Assembly: GCF_902652985.1 (NCBI RefSeq)
Contig: NC_047031.1
Span: 26,784,001-26,848,000, forward strand
Length of the DNA stretch: 64,000 bases
Origin: Pecten maximus
Taxonomy: Eukaryota
Direction: 5' to 3'
Shown: one piece after another, positions 26,101 through 37,332 of the stretch
Layout of the letters: every line of letters begins with the position of its first letter
Numbering within the stretch: the stretch's first letter is position 1
Program-made: the position numbers and the translations under genes
Notes under the pieces: model-generated
Told to the model about the DNA's origin: nothing
The model's input: only the letters and a program-made list of their open reading frames with translations
The model's database searches: none

Positions 26101-28130
26101 TGTTTTTACCATTCAATCCGGATTAAAAAAGCATTGCACTGGAAAAACGTCTACAGCACTTTATATCATCTTTCATTGTCCATACGTGGGTAGTTAAAAA
26201 GCTTGAGGTCAGATTTGGAAATGCCTCATCTAGAAATCTGACACGGGTAGTATATATCTTACCAGTCTCGTTGCCGAATGATTAAAAATGGAAATTCCCT
26301 TTGAAGATCCGCAGTTCAACTAGTATTGCCCATTATCATAATGTGGTACACAGTGCATTTTAAAACATCTAAGGTATTTTACAAAACTGGTTAATATAAC
26401 GAAAATAAGAATTATATGAAAAAAATACTTTAAGTGACCTTATCGATCACCTGTCATACATGGTCATATATCTGCAAAGAATGAAAATATTAAAAACGAG
26501 CAATATTTCGTTTTTTTTATTAAAATAAAACAATTTACCTGACACGTATCACAGGCGTCTGTGTCTGGTTAGTATTTATAGACAAAAAATACCGGCTCCT
26601 ACTAGTACTCCTACTATATTTACAAGGTGTAATGACATTTTGAAAATCGGAAATTAGGGTGAGCTATTTTCACTTAAAGTTCAATTCGACCAAAATATAA
26701 AATGCATTCAAACTTCAGGTACGCACCTTGGCTTAACAATGAATTGTAGCAATGACTTCAAGATGTAAAAAAAAAAATGCCCCAAAACGATAGTATTATC
26801 CGAAGATGCATTTCAGCAGCATACCTTTGGTCGGTTTGGTAATGTAGTAGAAGTAGTGGTTATTTTTCCTATAAATAACAATCAGATGCAGACGCCTGTG
26901 TACGTACGTATGTCAGAATGATTGTATTACAGATACCCATTCACAATTGTTTGAAACGTAAGATAGAATTTCCTACATAAATGATTGATCCTTAAAAATT
27001 ACGCCGACGAATGGAATGACGATGATCGCATTGCCTTGTCTTAAAATTACAATTTATCGTGTTGATAGAATAAAACAATATGGAATCAAATGACGTTAAA
27101 ATCATTTGGTTGGATTACAAATGTCCATTAAAAAAACCCACACCTACATTTAATATTATTTGTTATACAATTGAAGATATAAATGTTAAGAAAAACAATA
27201 CACAATTAATCTGTCAGAATAGGCATTGGAGACTGTTTACTAATCACAATTAAAAACTGAAAAGTTTAAACAAATTTCTATTCAGTCGGCCAACCATTCG
27301 TTCTCATTTATCGGATTTCCCCCTTGAATATATTTTTTATTGCAAGAAGTTTCAATAAGTCTTAATCATGGAAAGCTTCATAAACTTTCTCGGGGCAACA
27401 CAACGCCAGAAAAAAAGGTTTAAAAATGTACAATCAAATAATATTAAAAATTAACATTCAAACCCATGCAGACATAGACCATATTTTGTAATGGAAAATT
27501 GCAATCACAGCATTAAACCAAAGCCTATTTGTACATTAGAAATATATATAGATATAGAATAATACATCGCCCAGAGAATGAATGCCACATTGCTTTTTTC
27601 AGTTGGGATTTGTTTTTCGAATATTAAGTTTTAACCTGATGTCCTTTACACGAACACGTGATCTAATTTCAATTTTAAAATCTCTTTAGCTTATAGGCAT
27701 TCATCCTTTGTAGGGAGTGAGCTTAATTAAAATGTTCAATTGTACAAGTTGAAAAAAATGACAAAAAAAATGAACGCAAAAAATCAACACACATTACGTT
27801 AAATCTAATAGATTGTTCTATTCATTCAAATGCTATTTTGGTAACATCTGGTAAAACCATATTTCCAAGTACAATAAAAAAAAATATCTATAATCATTAC
27901 GATAGCTCAATATATATATAACTTTGGGTTTGATGTGAAATATTAACGCAAATAGATTTACTGTTTCCATATAGTATTGAACATTAACCACATTTGACCA
28001 CGTTGACTTTGTGAGTAACTGTGCGTCATCCATTTAAACAAACGTGACTGCCTCTCATCCAAACATGGTACTTGTCAAAATCATGACCTCTTGGGAAATT
28101 TTTAATACTTCTAACATCTGTGACATTATA
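23164..28130. repeat. Tandem segmental duplication, two copies of about 2483 bp (23164-25646 and 25647-28130)
   Basis: Co-linear similarity throughout, e.g. CATTTGTCC..TTACCATTATAGT at both starts and GACATTATA at both ends. Confidence 0.95.
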
Positions 28131-29059
28131 CTTAGGTCAAGGTATTTTATTTGAAAAAAAAATAAACAGAAATTGAAAAGAAAAAAGTCAATTTGATATT
28201 TTAACTAATTGGAATCCGGTGATCCTGAAAGTGAGTCAAGGTCATTGATATGAACAAACTAAGAAGACCTGTGTCCGAGTATGTCTCTAAACTAATATCA
28301 CGACTAGGACATATAGGATATTAAAAAGTTGTGTGAAGTTTAAGGTATATGACCCCAGCAACTTGGATGTACAAAATGTAGGTCAGCGTCGTTCATTTGT
28401 AGAAACTTTATAAGTTTCATGTCCCAGCGTGATTTGGGGCGTATAGGTTATTGAAAACAGTTTGTTCAAAAAAAAATTAACACCAAAATATATTAGACCT
28501 AAGTGAACTTGAAAATTGTTAAAAGGCATTCAGCACGCCCCTCTCCCAATACCGCTAATTGCCTTTGGGACAGGCGAATTACAAAGCAATCAGAACACTT
28601 AGAATTGGTGACATTGATTACACCAACCTAAATTAATTATAAATATTACGAAAATAGGGAATATATTAAAACATACATCACACTGTATTAATCACAATAT
28701 GATACTTCCGAAAATGGAAGTAGAGTCGTCTCAAACGTACAAACTAAATGAACATGCGATTAAAGGCTGCAGTTCACGAACAGTTTAGATTGTAGGAAGC
28801 TGTACACCTTTTTCGATAAACACATAAAGCTTGTACATGTTTGTAAAAGTATTTTTCGATAAATTGTTTCAATGACCGGTTGGAAATATACTGAAGCGGG
28901 TACCGTAAGAAAAATTGTACCAATTCACATTGTACTATAGTAAAGCGAAATGTATGAATATATACTCTCTTGTACAGACGAATTCCAAATGTTTACAGAT
29001 TCTTAAGGATAGCAGCATCCCACAATTTATAAAGATATACATTTATTAAATTTTTACAA

Positions 29060-29491
29060 ATGAAATATCGAAAATTATTCATTCTATGAAAGTGATATTT
29101 GTCACTAGTGAAAAATATCTATTTTCCTTATTTGACCAATCAGAACACAGCTTACAAACGACAATGAGGAAACATATAATTTGCATATAGCTCTCAGTCA
29201 TGTTATATGACGGCATAATGCAAGATAGAATACATAACGTCTCGATTTGGCGTGCATTTGTGAGCAAGGAATTCTGGGAAAGATTGAGCTGCCTCAGTAT
29301 ATTTTGCTATAAAAGGTTAAAAAAAGACAGAATATCTAACAATATCTTCAGTAATACCAAATATATTTCACTCGTGTGGCTTAAATTTTGATTATTTCAC
29401 TTGTGCTGCGCACTCTTGAAATATATCAAAATATTACCCCATTCGTGAAATACATTTGCTATTACTGAAAATTCTGTTAGATATCCTCTAT
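29060..29491. mobile_element. Second copy of the fold-back DNA element family seen at 13770-14127
   Basis: Shares GAAATATCGAAAA..TTCATTCTAT.AAAGTGATA, CTTACAAACGACAAT and the terminal inverted arms ending ATCCTCTAT. Confidence 0.65.
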
Positions 29492-31805
29492 GTAGATTTT
29501 ATTTCCACATCTTTATAACTAACACAGAACTTACGTGGTCCTGTCATTTGAATACCTGGCTTTATCGAATTACATTACATATTTTACTGATACGTATGCA
29601 TTGTGATTTTGAATTGCTAATAAATATTCATAAATGACGTTGCTACATATTATTGATTACATTACACAATAAATTAGATACTCTGAAATTGCAGCCATTG
29701 AACTATCGTAATATCATATTCACAATCATCATGCCTTTGAAGGACCTGGATTTATTTCGTGAACATAAATCAATTACAGATGACATACATGTATAAGGAA
29801 AATACAACGTTTAAATAAAATGTCTTAACCACCGTCTTCGTCGACCTAAATATACATTGATATTCTAACTTGTGTATACCAATATATATTTAACACCTAT
29901 AGCATAACGCCATGTTTTGATATCTCAAAACGAGGTTTGGGATTTTATATGGTATACAACTTTACCATTTGATATACAAGATACAAATATGATCACACAC
30001 AATGTAAAAAACCCAGTTTGAATTGTCCGTATCCGTGACTTCATTTGAATAAAAGGAGAAAAGGTCGGATTAAGTACATGTATTCGCATTTATACGTTTC
30101 ATTTGACGCTAACTAATGAGAATGTACTCATGAAAAGTATGATTACACACAATGTTAAAAAAAAAAGAGAAAAAAAGGCTCAGTTTGAATTGTAGATATT
30201 CGTGACTACATTTGAATACCACACATTACGTAATATACCTCCATATAACATACACATAAAGTCTGCCATTAAAAGGGGGGAAAATGTACCACCAGGTGCG
30301 TTAGAAATGTGTCTATCGTATCCCTGTGGAAAACAACATTAAACTTTATATTTATTTATCTTTCACTTTATAAATCCATCTGTTTTGACGTCACTTTTGA
30401 TTGGATATGAAAGCTGCCAAGCAATGTATACTGTCGTTGACGAAATACTCGGGAGTTATGAGATAGTAGATCAGATTATAACGATAAACTTAAAATGTAA
30501 TCTTTGAAACGGCTACGATACGTAAAGCTTGTCAATTTATTCCGGAATCTGAAAAGCTATTATATGATGATAATTTTGCTTTAATTTACTTTTTCATGAC
30601 AGAGGTACTCATTTACGTGTATAATGGTATGGAGATATGTATATGCATATGAAACAAATAAGAATAATAAATATTGATTTGAACATTACGTATTCACGTC
30701 AAGCAGCACCTAACATTACATTGATTACTGAGTCGTACAGACAATTGTACTAGTGTTAATTTAAATTATAAAAAAGTCTTCCACACTTAAACAGTATTGT
30801 AGCGTTAGCATTGATTGTATAATTCGAAGGTCTTTCAGCCACTTTAGAGATTATAGCAAAATTTACTTGGCAAAAAAAAAAAAGATAAAATTTCAGAAAT
30901 TATCTGATCATCAAATTATAATATCGTGTTTTCTGTCAATGTCTAATAAATGATAATAAATCCCTCAAGAATTGATACGATTAAACATAAAATGATTGCA
31001 CAAAACATTGGAAAAAAACACGAGTTAGGGTGCAATGAAATAGTTATACATTTCAAAACACGATCTTTTGATACAGTTGGTCTTTTAATTTTGACCAGTG
31101 ATGCACTTTATCTTTTAAGTGATTTATTAAATTTATGAACGGTCATGGACACATACGCACTGGCAAATGCACATAGAAAATGGACCTTTTTTATTATGTT
31201 GATATAGGTCAAGATCTTACAGTGATTAAAGAAGCCAATGTAATAAACTTTATAATATATATACATGTACATTGTATTACGCTTCCTGATTAATCCTATC
31301 ATGTTTATTTTGATAAATCTCAAACTTCGTCTCTTTTACCTTATTTGACCTCCAAAATTAACATTAAGCGAACAACATTGATTGCTATACTCTAAGACAA
31401 ATTATATACAAATAGGATATAAAATGTTCACCATTATACTTTTATTCCAGGTACTTTCATGTAATACGGTATACGTATGACCTGTAATACCAAACATTGA
31501 ATCGTGTCGTATCCTTTCATAAATTTGAGAAAAAATTGTGGGCAGGAAGTTAATATTTTGAAAGGTGTTCCTATGTCTAACGGTTGATGGTCACGGTTAG
31601 TGGTCAAGGTTGATGGTCACGGTTAGTGATCAAGGTTGATGGTCACGGTTTACGAAAGGTTTAAAGGAATATTTTTTTATACCACGAGAAATAGCACAAC
31701 CTACACTTCCAACCTAATCAGAATGTTTGATAGATTTAAATCACTTCCATCTATCTATAGTATTTTGTATTTACTAATCAATCACTTGATAATCACAATA
31801 CACAC

Positions 31806-33101
31806 CTACATGTGCATATCCTGGAGTCCCATATCTTTCAGTATTTGCTGTGGAGTGAGATGTATTGATTTGGCTTTAAATTCAGCACTGCGCTTTAGTC
31901 CTCTCAACATTTTAACGCGCTCGTAAAATCCGGGTTTCCTCTGTTGCCGTTCAGACTCTATCAGGACATCGAGGTATTCCAACTCTGTAAGTGGGTTTAT
32001 CTTAATGGCGTTGTTCCGCAGATAGTTGCCACAATCCCTTACCTTATCCATCATTTGACAAACGGTGTCTTTTAATTTGAGAAAGGCATCTCCAAGACTT
32101 CGAAGGATGTGCTGCTTAGTAACCTTCCCTTCTTTTGCTATCTCTAACTTCTTTTTCATTTCTTCGTAAGATTTTGTTACTTTCACCTCCGTGACTTCTA
32201 TGCGAAAATCGTTGTTTCTATGCAACTGCCATCCACATTTCTGAGGACAAACTCTGCATTTTCCATTGCACATTGCTGCACAGAATGCCTTATCGTTGTC
32301 ATCAGGAATCCCACATGGATAATGACACGTGGAATGACAAAACGTACAGTTTGTGACGTACTCTCCTGGCCTTAGATTTACTTTTTTCTGTCGAAATTCA
32401 GATATCTCGTAAGTGAAGTTTTGGTTATCTTTAATTTCTCTTTCATATTTGTCCACAAGTTCGCGCTCGGACTTCATAGTTGCGAGGCCAATTAGACCCT
32501 GATCAATCTGTGGCAAGAGTCCTTGAACTGTCGCGTTGAGTTGTTCCCGTTTATTTAATACTTCTGCTGTTAGCTGTAAACTCTGAGTCCTCAATGATGG
32601 CAGAAAGTTGAAAAAGCCGTCATAGCTAGTGAAACCCATCTCCCAAAACATCTTGCCGAATCTATTACACTTGCTATCTGTGTTTGATTCGAAAAGTGCG
32701 GAATTGTTAAATATAAAGTGTTTTTTTGTAGGAATTGCAGCTTGCATCAGAGCATTTAGTACCGGTGGTTCCTTTCCGTCTGCAAATGTTACCATAGCAA
32801 CGAGGTTTTCTTTCATGTCTTTGCCGAATATGGATAGAATGGAATCGTAGATATATCGTTGTGTTTGTGTAAGCCTTGCAAGAGGTGCCTGCGTGACAAA
32901 ACATACCGCATCTATGGTTTCTATTCCTTTGACACCTTTCGTGTCGAAGAAGGCGCGGATCTGGTCCACAAGTTGATGGTCTCTTTCTATCCCTCTAGTA
33001 TCTCCGAATCCTGGGGTGTCTATTATGTTGCAAATAAACTTAACAGTTCTGTTCATAGGATGAACTCTATAACTGGTAATCCAGTCTGTTTGTGATTCCG
33101 T
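31806..33101 (-). CDS. FN3-GTPase gene coding exon 4 (G2-G4, Cys-rich motif, coiled coil)
   Basis: Acceptor TTTCTTAG|ACG, then TESQTDWITSY...IIDTPGFGDTRG...NCTFCHSTCHYPC...CRVCPQKC. Stop at 31806. Confidence 0.92.
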   Translation of the reverse strand, partial: TESQTDWITSYRVHPMNRTVKFICNIIDTPGFGDTRGIERDHQLVDQIRAFFDTKGVKGIETIDAVCFVTQAPLARLTQTQRYIYDSILSIFGKDMKENLVAMVTFADGKEPPVLNALMQAAIPTKKHFIFNNSALFESNTDSKCNRFGKMFWEMGFTSYDGFFNFLPSLRTQSLQLTAEVLNKREQLNATVQGLLPQIDQGLIGLATMKSERELVDKYEREIKDNQNFTYEISEFRQKKVNLRPGEYVTNCTFCHSTCHYPCGIPDDNDKAFCAAMCNGKCRVCPQKCGWQLHRNNDFRIEVTEVKVTKSYEEMKKKLEIAKEGKVTKQHILRSLGDAFLKLKDTVCQMMDKVRDCGNYLRNNAIKINPLTELEYLDVLIESERQQRKPGFYERVKMLRGLKRSAEFKAKSIHLTPQQILKDMGLQDMHM

Positions 33102-36100
33102 CTAAGAAAGGAAACAAAAAAGTACAATGAAAAAATTATACTCTTTTGGTAATAACTACTAAATACTAGTCGAATGTAGGCTGGGTTTTTGTCCATGGTG
33201 AATCCTATAAGGACTAAACAGTTTGATTCCTTTTTTTCGTAGTTAATGGTGACATCTGCTTCTTTTCTTTTGCGTTATTTAACATCTTATCATCACATAT
33301 GTGGGAATTGTATGCGTTTGTCGAGTGTGTGCATTTTGGGAGGCTGTGGTATGTTCGTGGTTGTCTCCCTTTGATAGCGCGAAACTGATGCCGACTATAT
33401 AGTGCTAACTCACTGAAGCATACTGCTGAATACCAAACAGTACACCCAACCCGGTCATATTATAACACTTACAATGGACGAAAAAGCTCGTCCAACTTCC
33501 AAAATGCTGAGCGCTAAAGATAAATTGTAGCTACCAATTTTATAGACTCTGGTATGTGTCAGCCAGAAGACATGACCCAATTCCCTCCTTACATTGGCAA
33601 GCAAATACTTCACTCCGCATCGGCACATTTTGCTACAATAAATCAAGTTACTCACCTCTAATCCTCTCTTGGCTTCCTCTTCAGTCATTAGGTCGATGAT
33701 TTTAAATCTGAAGTCATCTGCCCACTTGACTCCCAGAAGATGATTCACCATTCCATCAATGAGGGTGCTCTTGCCTGATCCGGTTGCCCCAATCATCATT
33801 ATTGTCTTTTCCTGAAGACGATCGGAAGAACCTGGAAGTAAAATTGCACAAGTTTTTAGATTGCATTTATCGTTGAGCAATAATTATAGAGTAAATCTTA
33901 ATAAGAATATTATTATGATAATAAAACTAATTCCATACTGATGATGACTTAAGTATAAGGAAGTCTTACCGAATTCACACTTTCTCGTTTTGTACTCTGT
34001 GCTTCTGGCATCCATATTTTCCTTCAATGGTAGTTTGTAGAATGCTGGTTCCCCACCCTGCAGCTTAACGCATACATTACGCACAGACAAGGCTGGTGAT
34101 TGTAATGTGCTTATTGCATCACTTTGTCCACTGAAATCACCTTCTCCATTTTTATAATGTGCCCTAACCTTGAACGTGTATTCAGTATCTTGGAGTAGGC
34201 CACGGACGAAAATTTGGGAAGAGTCGTCGGTTGTTGTCGCAGAGTTCTTACTCCATAGCTCATCCTGTATAAGTTTGTTCTTAACTTCATAGTACAGGAC
34301 ATTTTTGTCATCTGGGGCGACCCATATAAGACGTATAAAGTCACTTCCGCTGTCAGACCGTGTTGGTTTACCGGGTCGGTTTGAATGTTTAACCTGTGAA
34401 TCTGAAAATTGATGAAGAGACCCCTTAGAACTTACGTTCATATATTATATATTTAAGTTTTGCAACAAATCAGTTATCTTAATCGATTAAATTAAGTTTC
34501 ATAGTTACGTTATAAACTTAAATATGAATTGCTAAAGTTTGATTTCTTTGTCAATAGCAACACTGGCTATCAAACTGTTTAATCGTTAACTGCTACTTAC
34601 CGTTTCGGGTTTGATTGCTGTAATGTGCAGTCAAGCTTTTGGTTGTTGATCCTTCAGATGAAGGGAACGTTTCTAAAAATGGACCATGGAACAAATAATC
34701 CTCTTTTCGAATTGGCAATACATTGGTGCTACTTAATGAGCGGGGTTCAGTGACCATACGATGTCCTTGTCCCATCCTAAGGTAATCAGCGCAGTACCCT
34801 CCATCAGTTTGTCTTGGCGAGCGATACCATGTTAAACCTTCCGACGGTATGCTAAAGTTGTCCTCATCGGTGGGGGAACATTTTCCCTGAAATTTCACAA
34901 CCGACAAGACATTTTCTCTCTCGTCTGTGTTTTCGACATCGCCCGATGTTGCAATAATATCGCTAACATCACTAAAGGGCCCTTCATCATCCTGAAAATG
35001 TGCACGAACTTTAAACACGTAGCATGTTGTAGGTAACAGGTTTGTCACTCGAAGGAACGTTTTGGCATCTTCCGTGAACACAGGCATCTTGTCCCATGCT
35101 TGGCTTCTTGTGCGTTTGGATTTCAACTCGTAGTATGAAACATTTCTGTCTTCAGGCGCATCCCAACGTAAATCGGTGAAGTCTCTACCTACAGCTAAAC
35201 TGCATAGCTTCCCTGGTTTTCGCGATGGAATATTAGACGTCGTAGTGTCAGAAGAACCGTCCTTAAACATAGAGGACTGTTTTGTCAATACGGGGTCGCT
35301 CTTCTCGCTAAATTGACCTTCATCCTCCTGGTAATGACCACGCACTTTAAACTCGTATTGTATCTCAGGCATGAGATCCGCAACTCTCTTGTAGGGCGTG
35401 TTGTCTCTTGTAAAAATGGGCATTTTAAACCAGCATTCATCTCCCGTAATCTTTAACTTTACTTCATAATATTCAAGGTCACTTTTGACTGGTTTATCCC
35501 ACGCGATGCACGCGTAGTCACAGCCAACTTCCAACGCAGCCGGTTTACCTGGTTGACTGGAAGACGCTGTATCATAGGGACACGTTTCCGTGTTCCAATA
35601 TCTGAGTCTTAATGACATCGCTCGCTTCGCTGTATATGCCGTCAAAAGATTGGTAATGTGACTTGACTTTAAAATGGTATCCGGTAGCAGGCTGAAGTTC
35701 AGCCGATCCGGTAGAATGTGTTGGCATTTTCTGTCAATACAGGTCTTGACCAGCTGACATCCTTTGAAGATTTGAATTTGATTTCGTAAAACTTCACATT
35801 TTTGACTTTCGGTTTATCCCATCCGAGCTGCACGTGGTCTTCCTGCACATCTAATGCAGTAGGCTTTCCCGGTCTATGTCTAAGTTGATCCTCATTTGAT
35901 GGTAAATTTTCAACTACCTGTGACTTGGTCTTAAAAGGATCGCTCACTTCGCTGAAGTCACCTTCTTTGTCTTGATAATGTGCTCTTACTTTAAGTTCAT
36001 ATTCTGTATCTGGATCCAGACCTCTCAGCTGATGACAAGGCTTGTCAAAGTCAGTGAAGACCGGTCTATGCCAAGTGGTGTCGGTCATTGTCTTAAACCT

Positions 36101-36442
36101 GATTTCATAATACGAAATGTCGCGTTCCATAGGTTTTGTCCATTCTAGTAGTATAGAAGTGCATCCAATTTCACGAGCTTTTGGTTTCCCCGGTGTAGTA
36201 GCTGATGTTTTGTTTCCAGTTACATCGGAATCACTATTATTCAAATTCTCCAAAGATAGGTGAGTATCGGCAAATGCGGTTTTCTCAACATCGTCATTTA
36301 TTCCAGATGATGCGATCACTTCAAAACTGTCCGACTCAGATGTTTTGAGTGAGGCTGTTCCTGATGCTCCATTTGATACGGTTTCGCTGGAATCGCAGTC
36401 GGCCTCTTCTGCCGACGACATTTCCATACTTATGGTTGACAT
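31806..36442 (-). CDS. 5x fibronectin type III + AIG1/septin-like P-loop GTPase + Cys-rich + coiled-coil protein (about 1247 aa if two frameshifts are corrected; possibly a pseudogene allele)
   Basis: Exons 36442-34601, 34401-33970, 33831-33656 and 33101-31806 have GT-AG sites and consistent phases (1,1,0). G1 GATGSGKS, G2 SQT, G3 DTPG, G4-like TFAD. Five PGKP/PGKL...W...Y.FKV.AHY-type FN3 repeats. Confidence 0.88.
33295..33615 (-). mobile_element. Degenerate SINE (Meta-domain-like) in intron 3 of the GTPase gene
   Basis: Plus-strand TATAGTGCTAACTCACTGAA motif resembles reverse-oriented Meta-SINE cores. A similar decayed copy lies at about 47560-47710. Confidence 0.4.
33656..33831 (-). CDS. 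FN3-GTPase gene coding exon 3 (P-loop G1)
   Basis: Acceptor TTCCAG|GT, KTIMMIGATGSGKSTLIDGMVN, donor GAG|GTGAGT. Confidence 0.88.
33970..34401 (-). CDS. FN3-GTPase gene coding exon 2 (FN3 repeat 5)
   Basis: Acceptor TTTTCAG|AT, donor TTCG|GTAAGA. Confidence 0.85.
34601..36442 (-). CDS. FN3-GTPase gene coding exon 1 (FN3 repeats 1-4; two +1 frameshifts)
   Basis: ATG at 36442. Donor G|GTAAGT at 34600. Frameshifts at about 35703 and about 35578. Confidence 0.8.
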
Positions 36443-36861
36443 ATAGCTAAGCCATATTATTTAATACAAATCTCTGTTGGTGTTGTTACGCGTCACAGTG
36501 TCCTTTTATCGTCTTCTCAGATGGTAGTAGTGTTAACTTGCTCCGAAATCCTTACAGCTCGAATCCAGGAAGATGATTGATACTGAGGCGAGATAAACCA
36601 TCAAATTCATCTCAGGTAACATGGGTCTATGGTTTTATGATATTAAGGAAATTAAGTTGGTTTAAATCCAAATGAACACACTAATTCAAATTTCATAAGT
36701 TATAGCTCTTTTGAAATGAATATATTTTGGCATTATCTATATCATGAAGTTGTTATGGTTCAGTAGAACAATCAATAAGGACAAGGGAGATAAGTGTTAG
36801 GAAATATAAATCAGGGATTACACAGGGATAACGTACCTATCAATATATCAAAATGAACATA

Positions 36862-37332
36862 TAGTCAAACCTGTATTAAGTGGCCACCCAAGGGACCGAT
36901 AAATATTGGCTGCTTAAGACAGGTGGCTGCTTAAACCAGGTTGGCCAGAAACGGCCTGTTGCCCAATTCTTGTTTCAACAGTTTATTGAATTTATCGTAT
37001 TATAATGCACTTGTTGATATTGATAACAATATACCAGGTGTTATACAGTGTATTTTGAAATGAGAACCAACAAAGATCAAAGTTTTGATTAATTTGATAA
37101 AAAAAATACCTGCTCATGTGATCATCGCGATGTCTACCTCCGGACAAAATGACCGCTAAATACAGGGCGATACAACGACTAGGGGCAGATTTTTGTGGAT
37201 GTTGGCCGCGTTAGACAGGTGACCACTTATTTAAGGTTCATTATATAGTGTTTTCCACCGGGCGGATCACTGACTGGCCTTTTAACGGATGTGACGGCTT
37301 ATTCAAGGTGGCCGTTAGAACAGGTTTGACTG
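36862..37332. mobile_element. Tc1/mariner-pogo-type MITE with TA target duplication
   Basis: TA|TAGTCAAACCTGT ... ACAGGTTTGACTG|TA terminal inverted repeats and internal AGGTGGCCG/CTT-type subrepeats. Confidence 0.85.

Noticed and set aside
33455-33655. C-terminal part of the 141-aa ORF 33455-33880
   Set aside because: Read-through into intron 3 past the GTGAGT donor. The GTPase continues in the exon starting at 33101.
35567-35583. GT...AG micro-intron as an explanation of the second GTPase-gene frameshift
   Set aside because: At only 17 nt it is too short for a metazoan spliceosomal intron. A single-base indel is simpler.
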